DNA of 47,996 nt from Malassezia furfur (Eukaryota): the NCBI GenBank assembly GCA_052055015.1, contig JBQJIT010000033.1; one strand, written 5' to 3'. Positions 19,354 through 31,297 of the stretch are shown here, piece after piece. The position numbers were made by a program, and so were the translations under genes. Under the pieces are notes generated by a model that saw nothing but the letters and a program-made list of their open reading frames with translations, was not told where the DNA came from and did no database searches. Numbering within the stretch: position 1 is the first letter of the stretch; each line of letters begins with the position of its first letter.

Positions 19354-21420
19354 CTACACATAACGGGGGGACACTGCAGGCCGCTCGCCCGCTGAAGGAT
19401 CGGGGGGTGAAAGCGCCGCGTGCAGCGAGCGCGTCACACTCATGTAGCTGTTCTTCCGTAGCAGGCGCGGCGCATCCGTCGGCGTGCTCGAGGGATACAC
19501 GCTGTCGGAGCGCGAGCGCCGGTCCATGGACAGGCGCCCGTGGTGCGGCGACGTCGACGCGCGCCAGTGTGGCTGTAGCTCGCGTCCACGGCGGAACGAC
19601 AGGCCCTGTGGCGAGGCAAAGCCGCTGCCCTGCGGCGACGCACACGCGCTACACGCCTCCATCGATGGCGACGCCACCGCGCGGCGGAGTACGGGCGAAC
19701 GCGCCGTGTCCTCCTCGGCGCTGCTCGTGCCCTCGTCGTCACTCGAGCGCGGCGCAGACGACGCGGGCGTCCACTCCTGTGCGTCGCGCTCGACGTCGGG
19801 CGACTTGTGCAAGAGCAGCATCTCTGCCGCAAGCGCAAGCTCGTCGGCCGTATCGAGCCGCTCGCCATACGAACCTGTGTAGTGCATCGTCGGCTCGGTG
19901 AGCATGAGCGAGTGCAGCACACTGGACCGGCGGCGTGTCCCCATACGCGGCGTCGAGCGACACGTACACACGACGTCGGGCGTGTGCGACGAAGACGGCG
20001 GTGCGGCGTCGTCCGCGTCGGCGTCGATGCTCTCGTTCGCCCACGCTGCGCACGGGTCCATGCTGAGGTCGGACGGGTTGGCGGCGCGGTGCGACGGCGG
20101 CGGGGGAGCAGGCGCCTCCTCCTCGGCGACCGCCTCTTCCTCGGCGGCCTCGTTGCTGCTCGTGCCGTAGTCACTGCACTCGTCTTCCTCGTCGTCCTCC
20201 TCGGAGCTCGTGACCTCTTCCGGCTTAGGACTCCGTGGGCGCGCCTGGACGAGGTGCGGCGAGCGCACCTGCAGACGGCATCCATCGTCGTCGTCGTCCG
20301 CAGCATCACTGCTGCACTGTGTCACTTCCGAGTCACACGACGACACACGATGCGGCGTGTCGAACAGGTTCGTCGCCGGCGACGACGTCGACGATACCAT
20401 CGGTGACGCAACCATGCGCCGCCTACCGTGCGCGCGGTGTGTGCTCAACAGACGATCGCGCTCTTTCAGCTCAAACGGACTCGCAGCAAATGCGAGGCTG
20501 CGTCGTCGCGGCACGGACTGCGACGCCCGCGTCGCGGCTGAGGGGGTATGGTCCGAGAACGACAATGCGCGCCGCTTGGTAATCTGCGCGAGCGACGCGG
20601 GGCCAGACGAGAGCGACGCGCGCAACAGTGGCGGGCGGCTGAGCGGGCCGGTGGGCACAGGCGGCGACGCTTCTTCGTCGCTACTTGTCGCCCGTTCATC
20701 CATGTTGCTTGCCTCGGAATCCTCGTCCGTTTGGCCATCTTCTTCACCGATGCAGTCGCTCTCCTCCTCGCTCTCCTCCTCGCCTGCCTCGTCATCCGAC
20801 TCGTCGTCCGACTCGCTGGCGCTCGACACCGCCGGCCCCAGCACGTTGGGCTCGTCGGTGTCCAGGGCCGAGTCCAGTAGTACCATCTGCGAGCGCAGCA
20901 ACATGCGTGGCGACGTGCTCCGCGCACGCGGATGCGGCTCCTGGAATGTCACACTGGGACACCGCGGCTCAGAGCGGTGGTGCGATTTGCGTGCCTGCGG
21001 TGAGACGGGAGCCGACTTGGTGCGTGACGCGGCGCTGCTTGCGCGCCGTGGCGGCTTGACCGGCTCGACAAAGTGTGTGCGTGTGCCTGCACCCGCTGCG
21101 CGCGGTTCGTCCGGGAAATGCAATGCGTGTGCGTCGTCGTTGTGCTTCAAAATGCCGGTTGTGCATGCGGCGCCACAGCCAGGCGCGCACCCCGACGAGC
21201 GCTTAGGTGCATGTGTGGGGTCCTGCGGCAACAGCGGCGACCGCAGCGCGTCAGACAGGAGCGACATGCGCCGCGGGCGCACGGGTGCCGGCGCGTCCTC
21301 TGCATCGAGCGGCAAACGCGGGGGCAGCTTGCGTTTGGAGAAGTCCAGCGGCGACGCATCGGCGTCGTCACTTGGCGCCTTGCATGCCGTAAACGGCTTC
21401 TCCTGTGAGTCGACCGCCAT
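19354..21420 (-). CDS. Uncharacterised disordered Ser/Arg/acidic protein (possible PP1 regulator)
   Basis: 688-aa ORF exactly filling the gap between ATP11 and PTC1; acidic tracts; GILK and R-x-L-x-F-like motifs; no recognisable folded domain. Confidence 0.7.
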   Translation of the reverse strand: MAVDSQEKPFTACKAPSDDADASPLDFSKRKLPPRLPLDAEDAPAPVRPRRMSLLSDALRSPLLPQDPTHAPKRSSGCAPGCGAACTTGILKHNDDAHALHFPDEPRAAGAGTRTHFVEPVKPPRRASSAASRTKSAPVSPQARKSHHRSEPRCPSVTFQEPHPRARSTSPRMLLRSQMVLLDSALDTDEPNVLGPAVSSASESDDESDDEAGEEESEEESDCIGEEDGQTDEDSEASNMDERATSSDEEASPPVPTGPLSRPPLLRASLSSGPASLAQITKRRALSFSDHTPSAATRASQSVPRRRSLAFAASPFELKERDRLLSTHRAHGRRRMVASPMVSSTSSPATNLFDTPHRVSSCDSEVTQCSSDAADDDDDGCRLQVRSPHLVQARPRSPKPEEVTSSEEDDEEDECSDYGTSSNEAAEEEAVAEEEAPAPPPPSHRAANPSDLSMDPCAAWANESIDADADDAAPPSSSHTPDVVCTCRSTPRMGTRRRSSVLHSLMLTEPTMHYTGSYGERLDTADELALAAEMLLLHKSPDVERDAQEWTPASSAPRSSDDEGTSSAEEDTARSPVLRRAVASPSMEACSACASPQGSGFASPQGLSFRRGRELQPHWRASTSPHHGRLSMDRRSRSDSVYPSSTPTDAPRLLRKNSYMSVTRSLHAALSPPDPSAGERPAVSPRYV

Positions 21421-21616
21421 GACGCTATGCGCTGCAACTCATCCACGGGCCTCCTGGCGAGCCCCGCCGCGATGCAGAAACGACCTGGACTGCGTAGGTG
21501 GAGCAGGTCGATCGGCCCCCTGACCAGTCGGCTGACTAATGGCACGCCAACCGCCGCAGTAGGGAATCACGTGGGTCCATTGGGGGAGAGGGGCACGCCC
21601 AGGGACGCGCCGCGCG

Positions 21617-22500
21617 CTACGCTATGGACGGGGTCGCGTTGCGCTGGAATCGGACAACCATGACAGACGTGTTGTCTGTGCTGAAGTTGTCCAGTGCGTA
21701 TTTGAGGAGCTTGTCCGCTGCGCCCTGCGCGTCGGTCTCTTTCGCGATATGATCGACTGCCTCTTGGTCGCCAATAACGTCCCACAGCTGTGTCAGTAGC
21801 GCGTACATACACCATCGCACGCGACAATCAAGAACGCATCGTCGTCCTCAAGCGCAATGCTCGTCGTAAACGGCGATCCCACCACAAACTCCTTCATCGA
21901 AAAGTCGCCGAACGACCTCGTCACGGCCAACACGCCATTCACCCGGTTGTTAAGCAGGAAACCGCCCTTCTCGGTGATGCGCCGCGCTTCAAGCTCATCG
22001 GAGCCCTTGTGATCGTAGGTTAACCGGACTGCCTTGCCGTTCCGAGCAAGCACGCTCCGAGCATCGCCCACATTCGCCGTGTATAGCACGCGCCTCTCCT
22101 TGTCTCCCTCGGACTCGATACGCAGCAGCGACGTCACCGCCGTGCAGCCGCTCCGGACGCCGGCCTTTTCCGAATCCACCTCAAGCTGGCGGTCGACGCG
22201 CATATAGGTATTGTTCAGCACTTCGCGCACGTCCATTGTGGGGTGCGCATGCAACTCTTCGGCAAGGATCGGCGCAAGGTGGTCTCGGCACCACTCCGCC
22301 GCAAACTTGCCCGCGTGCCCATCAAACACGCCAAACAGCGCCTGGCCGGGCACATGGTCAAAGTCCAGGATGCTCATGTGCGCATCCTCCATAGTGCGCC
22401 GCCAGCGCGTGTTACAATCGGTCGCGACTCCGACAGTGATCTGCCATGGATTCGCACTGCCTGTCCGTTGCCGTTCCTGCAATGAACCTTCGGCATGCAT
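21617..22500 (-). CDS. PTC1: PP2C-type Ser/Thr phosphatase (Ptc1-like)
   Basis: RRTMEDAH, FGVFDGHAG, ANVGDAR, LTYDHKG, VNGVLAVTRSFGD, ACDG|LWDV (23-nt intron 21788-21810) and STDNTSVMVV. Start codon uncertain. Confidence 0.9.
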
Positions 22501-22632
22501 GGCTCCAGGTGGATGACCCTCAGAAGCTATCTGGGTGCGTCTCCCCTGCTCCTGCTCCCACAGGTCCGCGATCGTTCCGGATAAGTAGGGGCCACCTACG
22601 TGGACAGTCACGTGATACCACTGACCCCGGAG

Positions 22633-23919
22633 CTAAGGACGCCGCCTGTTTCCGCGGCGTGCGGTGCGCGGCGTGTGCGCGACTGCCTGCGCGAGCTGAG
22701 TGAGTTGAAAGGAACGTACAAAATCGAGATAGAGCTTGGAGACATGCAGCGACCACTGCACGCTCGCGATTTGTAGACTCGGCAGCGTCTGAGGGTCCCC
22801 CGGGGGAGGCGGGAGGGTATCGTGATCGACCTCGGGCGTCGTCGCGCGCGCCTCGGCGGGCGGGGCATCAGGTCCTTCAGGCACGCCGTGGAAAGGAGGA
22901 GGTGACACCGAATCGAAGCCGGACTCTACCTCAGACTCGAGCGAAAAATAGCTCGCGTGCGGCAGACGCATCTCGTTCTCGGAGTCAGAACCCGGCTCGC
23001 CCGGCGGCTCGGGCGATGCATGGACCGCTGCGGTCGGCATTGATGCATCCATGTCGCCAAAAACCCAGCCACTGTCGCGCATTGAGCGCCACATTTGCTC
23101 GCGGTGAGTTTTGGCAAGCTTCGTCAGCTTGGCTTGGCGCTGCTCGTGCATACGCATGCGGTGCCGGAACGCGTAGTTTTGCAAGTCGGTGTACTTCTCG
23201 GCGACTTTGACCGCATTTTCAAAGTGCAATTGCGCGGTGCGGCGCACCGAGTCAGGCACACACGCCACGACGTTGACGGGTACATGCAAGCTGGGGCCCG
23301 GGGTATCTTGGGTATCGTGAGAGGCCGTGAGTGTGCCGAAGTACAGGGTGAGCAGGCCCAGGTAGGTATGCAGCTGCGGGTTATGGCGGTATGGGTAGGA
23401 GGCAATGACACTGTGTGAGATAAAGGCATACCTATTGGTCTCCTCCATGGCATCTTGATAGCGTCCGGCGGCAATGAGCTCGCGAACTAAATGGGGTAGC
23501 ACATAGGGACGCTACATGAGCGTGTGACGTACCAGGACGGTTCGCGTGCGGGCGATGTATTGCAAGTAACGCAGCGGCGCCATTGACTCGGTTTCCGACA
23601 TAGACGCCACCTCGAGACCCAATTTCCAGAGCTCGACCGGGCGCCATTCTGGCGCGTGCATCAGGAGCTTTAGGCACCGCGCAGCACGGCGGGTATCGCG
23701 ACGCAGCAGCATGAGCTGCAGGAGGTCGTACAAACGGCGCACGTGGATGCGTCGCTGGTCGGCAAGAACTTTGGGATTCACCGCATGCGGATCAAGCGGA
23801 TCCGTGTGGGGCGTGAGGTATGATGGCGTGGGGATCCCGTGCGTGTACACATAGTCGTCGCCATCCATGTACGCCGGCGGCGGCTGGAATAGTGCCGCCT
23901 GCCTGGGGCCGGCGTTCAT
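22633..23919 (-). CDS. RRN11: Putative RNA polymerase I core-factor subunit Rrn11-like helical protein
   Basis: HVRRLYDLLQLMLLRRD..RAARCLKLL and YPYRHNPQLHTYLGLL resemble fungal Rrn11 motifs (from recall). Introns 23512-23532, 23411-23431 and 22696-22719. Confidence 0.65.
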
Positions 23920-24035
23920 GGGTGGAGGAGAGGTGGAGGTACGCTTGACCGCGCATTAATTGCAGCAGATTGGACACGACCCCACGTGTAGCAAAGTTTG
24001 TCCATCCCACCCTGTACAGGAACCGCGTCGCTTGA

Positions 24036-25997
24036 ATGGTGCATGCGAATGGCGCAGATGAGCGCACGCCGCTCCTGCAGTCTGTGCAGACGTCATCGCG
24101 TCAGGAGCGTCGCCCCATGAGCGTCGGCGTCCGGGGGGCAGCGCCGGCCGACTACGTCGTCAGTGTGTTTGAGCCCGAGCACGGGGGGAGGAGTCCGTAC
24201 GCAAGCAACCGGCCTGTGAACGATGCTGCCTTCTTTCGAATGGTGGAGGACATTGAGGCGTCCATGCAGGCCGGCATCCAGCCCTGCATGATCTCGGTCG
24301 GGACCAGCGGCTCGTATGTTGTCTTTGTGAAGGAGGGCGAGTCGACGCGAATCGCCGCCGTGTTCAAGCCAATGGACGAGGAGCCGTACGGGAATCTGAA
24401 GTAGGTGCGGCGCTGACGCAGTCCCAAGCGCGTGTTCCTGCGCAAGTACTTTTGGTGGGCCATGGGCCGGCCGTGGTACGTGATAAGCTCACGCAGTTTG
24501 ATCCCCAACTTTTCGTACTTGTCCGAAGTTGGCGCGTCGTTCCTGGACAACCAGCTGCAGCTGGGCATCGTGCCGCAGACACGCCTCGTGGCTTTGTCGA
24601 GCCCGTCGTTCCACTATCTGTACCGCGACCGGAAGCGCTACGAGCGCGGCCAGGCGCCGCTGCCGCCCAAGCTGGGGTCGCTTCAGCAGTTCCTGGTGGA
24701 CTACAAAAATGCAAGCCAGTTCCTGCACCAGCACCCGCCGCCTGGGCGTCCGCGCTCGTTGATCGAGCGTGATCTCAGCGAGGAGCATGCGGCGCACCGC
24801 ATGAGCCGGCGGAAGCAGCGTGCACGTTTGCGCATGTGCTTCATTGCGATCAAGCGGCTGTTGCTGTGCCGCTACGGCCCTGGTCCATACGGCAGCCCCG
24901 GCCCAAGTGGGGCGGAGCAGGTGGAGCACCCGTCGGCGCTCCACCTCGGCGGACAGTCGACGGCGTACCCAGCGGCGGCGCCGATGGTCGCCGGCGCGCC
25001 GCGGCGCACTTTTACGTGGAATGCACGCACCATGTCCGAGTTCCGTCTTGAGCTCGAGAAGCTCGTGGTGCTCGACTTTCTCATGCGCAACACGGACCGA
25101 GGGCTGGACAACTTCATGGTCCACTACAACCCCGACGCAGGGCCGGACGAGCGGTCGGTGCGCATCGGCGCGATCGACAACTCGCTCGCGTTTCCCCACC
25201 AGCACCCGCGTGGGCTGCGCGACTACCCCTACGGCTGGCTCTTTCTGCCGACGAACCTGATCGGCGGCGCCTTCTCGGACGAGACACGCGCGCTCTTCCT
25301 CCCGAAGCTGAGCGACCCTGTGTGGTGGGCGTCGACGATCGAGGGGCTGCGCCGCATCTTCCAGCAAGACGCGCACTTCCACGACCGCATCTTCCAGAAC
25401 CAGATGGACGTGATGCGCGGCCAGGGGCTCATCCTCGTCGAGTGTCTCCAGCAGCAGGACCACGGGCCCATCGAGCTGTGCGCATACCCCAAACGCCTCG
25501 TGCGCCAGTCGGTGATGTTTTTGTCGCCGCAGGAGCTCGGAAAGCACACGTTTGCGGACCTCATACGCGGTCGCATCTCGCGTGCCGACGAGCCGGCTCA
25601 GGATACCCAGCCCGTCGCCATCCGCGCGCCGCGCCGGCCCAACGCCAGCAACGCACATGCGAGCTCTGCACCGAACGCGCTCGGCACCGCATTCCCCGCC
25701 AGCCCCGAGCAGCTGGCCATCGACGTCGTGGAGCGTATTAATGCGCGCGGCAAGCGCGCATCGATCGCCGCGTCGCGCCCGCGGCCGATCCACGCGCAGA
25801 CATCGCGCGGCGTGAACGAAAGCCCGGCGTTTTCGCGCACCTTGGACGACACCTCGCAGCAGATGCACTCGCTCGACCTCGCCGAAGGGCCGGCGCTCAC
25901 CGCTTCCACCGCCTCCGACCTGCCACAGGTGCCGGTGCCAGTGGTGGTGGAGCGTGTCGAGCCCGAGACGCGTCGTCCGTGGCTATGGTGGTATTAG
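24036..25997 (+). CDS. LSB6: Type II phosphatidylinositol 4-kinase
   Basis: GTSGSY, VFKPMDEEPYGNLNPK, GRPCLIPN..YLSE (after 21-nt introns 24401-24421 and 24476-24496), LDFLMRNTDRGLDN, AIDNSLAFP. Confidence 0.93.
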
Positions 25998-27580
25998 GTG
26001 TGCGCGAGGGCACGCGCGTCTACCGCGGCACGGAGCCGCTCACCCAGCTCGTAGCCGGCCTCTTGCATTTCTTGTACCAATGCCTTCCATCGTGGATCCT
26101 CATGCACGAGGCACGTCCAGATCATCGCGGCGTAGGTACGCCGCGACGGCACACAGTGTAGCTCCTTGATTCGCTCCAGGTTCGCAAACGCCTCCTCGTA
26201 GTCCAGCTGCCGGAGGTGCAGACGTGCCATCCGCTCGTACAGCGACGCGGTCGGCGTCAGTTTCCGCTGCGCCATGCTCTTCCACACGCGGTCGGCGGCG
26301 GCGGTGTCACCGGTGGCAATACAGCACAGCAGGAATGCCTGGTGCGTGTCGAGGTCGGGTACAAATGCCTTGCGCCGCGTCGCAGCCTTCCACACCTGGA
26401 GTGCGACGGGCATCGACGCGCGCTCCGCCGCCGCATACAGCACAGCATTCGCCACCACCGCCGGCAGTGGCCGCTTGTCGTGTAGCACGATATCGGCCGT
26501 GGATGTAAGCGCCGCATCGCTCGATGCCGCATACTCCGTGAGCGCAACGAGCGCCTTGGGGTCTGGACCCGGGTCGTCGGGAAGACGCATCCACCGGTGC
26601 ACGACCGTCAACGCTTCGTCGAGGCGACCTGCACGGCAGTAGCCTTCGAGCGCAGGCGCTAGATGGTACGACTGCAGCTTGGAGCCCTGGCACAGGGGAA
26701 AGAACGCGCGTTGGAGAGCCGCAATCAGATCCGCATCCGCCGCACGCGAGGCGCTCAGCAGCATCTGAAGGTAGAGTCCCTCGTCCATTTGCAGCGGTGC
26801 CGCACGTTTCCACGCCTCAGCGAGCGCCGGCGCATAGTCGCACTGCGCCGCGATGCGCAGCACCTCCATCCATACGGCAGGGGACGTAGTGCCGTGCGCC
26901 AGGGCGAGCTCAAAGGCAAGCCGTGGCTCCTTGGCGCGGTCAAGACACTGTAGCAGCGCGAACAATGCGTCATTTTCGAGCACAACACCCGCGTCGCGCG
27001 CCGTAAACCACAACGCGAGCGCCAGCTCGAAATTTTCCGTCTTGGCACAGAATTCCAGCGCATGGGCATACGCCTTGGGCGTCCAGCGCGCAAAGGCGAG
27101 TAGCGACGGCGACGCGGCCGACGCGGGTATCTCGGGACTGCCTGTGCGGCGCAGGAGCATCTCCATCACCTCCACGTCCTCGCCGACCTTGGCGGCCTCG
27201 ACGAGGTACTCGTGCGCAGCCGGTGTAAGCGGCACAGAACTGGCCTCGATGTCGTCGAGCACGAACATGGCGTCGCGCGCGAGCCCGCGCTCTGCGAGCA
27301 CGCTGAGCAGCAGCTCGTACGTCTGCCGCTGGATTTCATCGGCGATGGGTGATTTGGGGTGCTTCCGCACCACTTTTTTGGTGAGGCGGCATGCCTCGAT
27401 CAGGTGCTTTGCGTCGCGCCGCACCGCCTCTTTGGCGAGCTGGCGACGCACGTCATCGAACTGTGCGGCCACTAGCGAATTAGGTTTCTTGGCATGTACT
27501 GCGGAGGTAAGCAGTGAGCGCCGTGGCATCCCTAGCCCGACCCGGTGTATCCCGCCGGGCAGGGCGCACGGACGTTTCAT
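25994..27580 (-). CDS. Mitochondrial pentatricopeptide-repeat (PPR) protein
   Basis: Basic N-terminal presequence; repeated ~35-aa helical units (PDLDTHQAFLLCC, PTASLYERM, PSRRTYAAMIWTC). Confidence 0.75.
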   Translation of the reverse strand: MKRPCALPGGIHRVGLGMPRRSLLTSAVHAKKPNSLVAAQFDDVRRQLAKEAVRRDAKHLIEACRLTKKVVRKHPKSPIADEIQRQTYELLLSVLAERGLARDAMFVLDDIEASSVPLTPAAHEYLVEAAKVGEDVEVMEMLLRRTGSPEIPASAASPSLLAFARWTPKAYAHALEFCAKTENFELALALWFTARDAGVVLENDALFALLQCLDRAKEPRLAFELALAHGTTSPAVWMEVLRIAAQCDYAPALAEAWKRAAPLQMDEGLYLQMLLSASRAADADLIAALQRAFFPLCQGSKLQSYHLAPALEGYCRAGRLDEALTVVHRWMRLPDDPGPDPKALVALTEYAASSDAALTSTADIVLHDKRPLPAVVANAVLYAAAERASMPVALQVWKAATRRKAFVPDLDTHQAFLLCCIATGDTAAADRVWKSMAQRKLTPTASLYERMARLHLRQLDYEEAFANLERIKELHCVPSRRTYAAMIWTCLVHEDPRWKALVQEMQEAGYELGERLRAAVDARALAHT

Positions 27581-27696
27581 CGTTGTCTAAGGGAGGCCCA
27601 CGTGAGATCGCCGGTCATAACGTGTTACACATAAATTATCTCCGGTGACGCGATTAATCAAATAGACGCGTCGGTGGTCTGGCCTGATTCTTGACC

Positions 27697-29205
27697 ATGT
27701 CCACCACCAAGTCTGATCCACCCACGCCGGACTCGGCGAGCATCGACTCGGATATCCGCGAGGCCCACGAGGTCCAGATCAAGAATGTATACCACAATAT
27801 CGCGTACAGCTTCCTTATTAGCGTGACGCAGATGTTCAGCGTCGCGGGCCTGGGCATTGCCGCGTTCACCGCGCGCGACGTCGCCAAGGGCGTAAACGCG
27901 TCGGAGAGCGATACAGTGTGGTTTCTGGCGGCGTATTCGCTCACCGGCGGCGTGTTTGTGCTTATTGCGGGGGGCATCGGTGATGTCATTGGGCCCAAGT
28001 ACGTCTTGTGCATCGGCTGGCTCTGCGCTGCCGTCTTTACACTTATCTCGGGCTTTGCAACGAGCGCGATCATGTTTGATGTGATGCGCGGCTTGGCCGG
28101 TGTCGGTAACGCGCTCATGATTCCCAACGCCGTTGCCCTCTTGGCCCGTGCTTACCCACCTGGGAGCGCCTGGAAGAATTTCTCGTTTGCGCTGCTCGGC
28201 TTCTTTGCGCCGTCTGGTTTCGTGATTGGTGGTGCGATTGGCGCAGGAATGACCCACTTGTACAGCTGGAAATGGGGGTACTGGCTGTACGCCATCATTT
28301 GCTTCGTCTTCTGCATACTGACCTTTCTGGTGGTGCCGAGGCGGCTCGGAAACGGACTCCCACATGCGACGATACGCCAGTTCGACTTCCTCGGAAGCTT
28401 CTTTGGCGTCGCGGGTCTCCTACAGTTTGCCTTCTCGTGGAACCAGGCCGACATGGTGGGCTGGGACACGACTTATACCTACGTGCTTCTGATTGTCGGC
28501 GTTGTGATGCTATTGGCCTTTGTGGTGTGGGAGAACTACGTGGAACATCCGGTACTGCCGCCATCCATGTGGACACGCAAGGGCTTCACGCCCGTAATTC
28601 TGGCACTGCTGTTCGGCTGGATGTCGTTTGGCATCTTTTTGTATTACGCGCCGGAATACGTCATGACGTTCCGCGACGTGTCTGGTCTGGCCGCCGTCGG
28701 CGAATTTTCTCCCGTGGTCGTGTGCGGTTTTATTGCGACAATGAGTGTCGCCGCGCTTGTGGACCGATTCCCTGTGCAGTACTTCTTCATGATCTCCTCG
28801 TTTGGCTTCATGTTCGGCAACATCATGTTTGCTAATACCCCAATGGAGCAGACGTACTGGGCCATGGCGTTCCCTGCCTTCGCTTTGGTCGCGCTGGGGC
28901 CGGATTTGAGCTTCACCGCAGGAAGTATCGTCATCTCTAATACACTCAAGCACCACGAGCAAGCCAAGGGTGGAAGTATGGTCAATACGGTGGTGCTCTA
29001 CGGCGCCGGCCTTGGCATGGGCTTTGGTGGATGCGTAGAGCACTACGTGATGCGCAATCACAATGACAAGCACCTGGCCTTCCGCAGCGCGCTCTTTTTC
29101 GCATTTGGCCTCGCCGCATTGACTTTCCTAATTGTTGTCTTCTTCATCCGTGACGAGCGGTTCAAGAGAAAGGTGCCCACGGAGAAGGAAGCTGAACTGG
29201 CATAG
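27697..29205 (+). CDS. MFS DHA2-type 14-TM drug/H+ antiporter (Atr1-like)
   Basis: WFLAAYSLTGGVFVLIAGGIGDVIG, RGLAGVGNAL..PNAVALL, FDFLGS, FAFSWNQA; intronless. Confidence 0.88.
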   Translation: MSTTKSDPPTPDSASIDSDIREAHEVQIKNVYHNIAYSFLISVTQMFSVAGLGIAAFTARDVAKGVNASESDTVWFLAAYSLTGGVFVLIAGGIGDVIGPKYVLCIGWLCAAVFTLISGFATSAIMFDVMRGLAGVGNALMIPNAVALLARAYPPGSAWKNFSFALLGFFAPSGFVIGGAIGAGMTHLYSWKWGYWLYAIICFVFCILTFLVVPRRLGNGLPHATIRQFDFLGSFFGVAGLLQFAFSWNQADMVGWDTTYTYVLLIVGVVMLLAFVVWENYVEHPVLPPSMWTRKGFTPVILALLFGWMSFGIFLYYAPEYVMTFRDVSGLAAVGEFSPVVVCGFIATMSVAALVDRFPVQYFFMISSFGFMFGNIMFANTPMEQTYWAMAFPAFALVALGPDLSFTAGSIVISNTLKHHEQAKGGSMVNTVVLYGAGLGMGFGGCVEHYVMRNHNDKHLAFRSALFFAFGLAALTFLIVVFFIRDERFKRKVPTEKEAELA

Positions 29206-29215
29206 TAAATACATA

Positions 29216-30659
29216 TTATATGGGACTCTGATTCGGGCGCGCGTGGATGAGCGGCACCATCGTCCATGGACGTGGTTCGTTCACAGACGGCTCAGCTGAG
29301 CCAAGCGCGGCTCGGTAGCATGCATCGCAGCAGTACGTCACAATTTGCGCCATGCCATCCAGACGCACTTGCTGGCCATTTTGGCTCTTGACCGCGTCGC
29401 CGCCCAGCACAGCCATCGTTGCGTCCCGCATGCCGCCGCACACTTCGCACGGAATGTCCTGCTCGCCGCGGACCACGAGTTTCCGAGGGGCGTAATACTG
29501 CCGCGCAAGCGACGCCAGCATCCAGCGCCGCAAAAAAGTGGTCTGGGGATATGCATCGAGTGCTGCACGAGGAGGTAAACGTCTGGGTCAGTACGCCACG
29601 TACCGAGCCCAATCAATTGTCCAAAGGTGCTCACAGTCTCCCCCGTGGAGCAACCAGTAGGGTTGGGCAAACGCCGTTGGTGGCAACGCATCCAGCCGCG
29701 TCGTAAGCGAACCGCCATACATGGTACAGGAAGGAAGCCCTGCATCAGGTGTGCTGAGCAGCGCTCTGACATAGCTGTCGTCGGATTCGGGGTCGAGACG
29801 GGCATACAGCTGATTCTCAATGAGGACAGCGACGTCAGTCTCTAATCTGCGGCCGGTGTAGCGTGGGTATACAGTACCGTGTCCTGCATCATGAGCACCC
29901 GTCCAGTGCCCCGCAATACCGGGTGCGTCCGTTTGCATAGCCTCGCGCCAGTGCTCGCGTTCAGGGATCTCGGCGTTTCGGCACATCATTTCGTCGACCA
30001 AATCGGCCAGTGTATGCCGGGTGGTAATGTGTATGCGCTGAGAGAGAACAACCTCGCCATCCATCTCGTCCGTCGTCGGAGTATCAAAGACACCATTCGG
30101 TGTGCCTGTGCTGCTGCCCAAACCGCGAGTTTTGCGGGTGAGGGCTACGGCACGACGAGCATATACCGAAACCTGCAAGAGAGCAGGCATGCCATCCGTA
30201 GGCACGGGCCGCACCGGCTGGGACATTTGCTGAGGCTACATTAGCAAAGGCCGTACCTTGCTCTCCATGGCATCCTGGTCCTGTATAGGGAGGATGCGCG
30301 CATACAGAGGGAGGTGGTCATACCTTGGTCAGCTGCCCCACGCACTTGTCCAAACGAAATGCCGGCGGTGCCATCTCGGCAAGGATCTTGCGCTGTTCCG
30401 TGCTTTCCTCGGGTACTTGCATGGATGTGCTTGATGCATATTCCATCCAAGTGGCGGCGACGGTGGGCACCAAGTCTGAATGCGGTGCTTCACACTGTGC
30501 CACTGCTGCCTCGCAGCGCTGCTGTACAAGGTGCATAGCATGACCGTCCAGCTCCACCGTATATATGGGCTGTGTGTGCTCTAATGTAAGCCGCTGCTCG
30601 GCCTCTACGAGCGAGGCCGGCTCCGTTGGGACACCGAGCTCAACCTGCGCCGTGCTCAT
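29216..30659 (-). CDS. SNAPC3: snRNA-activating protein complex subunit 3 (SNAP50)-like zinc-finger protein
   Basis: Introns 30324-30345, 30236-30256 and 29583-29603 join four exons. PYWLLHGGDCEHLW + YP + CEVC...CCDACY match the SNAP50 C-terminal zinc-finger pattern (Y.H.GDCEH..C..C..C..C). Confidence 0.75.
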
Positions 30660-30871
30660 GCAAGTCGTCCACGAAGAGCACACAGGCCTCCACATCAGGA
30701 AGCTTCGTCGCAGCACGCACCGCCGCACGCCGCGGTGTGCCCGTCAATGGCGTAGCATGCGCCGTAATCTACAAGCTAGGTAGATAGTCTGTGACCGTTC
30801 ACATACGAACGATACAATCGTGTGATTGGCATAAACCTGGTGGACATCGCATAGCACCTATGACACATGAT

Positions 30872-31179
30872 TTACAGGTGCACGCCAACAGCGTTGAACA
30901 AAGCAACGACGCCCGTACCCGCAAACAGACTCGCGCCGATCGCGAGCAGGACCTTTGGTAGAGACCGCTTGCCGCGTGGGAAACTGGGTAAGCGTTTCAC
31001 ATACGTCGAGAAGAAAAACGCCAGCGCAAAGGACAGCACGAGCGAAACCAGCGCTATGGCGCGCATGGCATGCACCGGAATCATTAGCCGCGCATCTGGC
31101 AGTGTGCGAAACTCGTCCTGGGGTCAGCTCCTTTCTAGCGTGCCTGCACTGCTTTGTACGCCGCGTAGTCCACCGTCAT
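30872..31179 (-). CDS. OST5: Oligosaccharyltransferase small subunit Ost5/TMEM258
   Basis: Small 2-TM protein ending ASLFAGTGVVALFNAVGVHL. GC-AG intron 31118-31143 and 21-nt intron 30984-31004. Confidence 0.78.
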
Positions 31180-31297
31180 ACCGCTCGGAGTCGATGTGGG
31201 ACGTGCGGAGATATTCGGCCGAGGCGAATTTATGACCCTGCAGTGTATTGCATCAGGCGATTTTAGGAGGGCACCACCACCCGGCGAGCATACAGCG

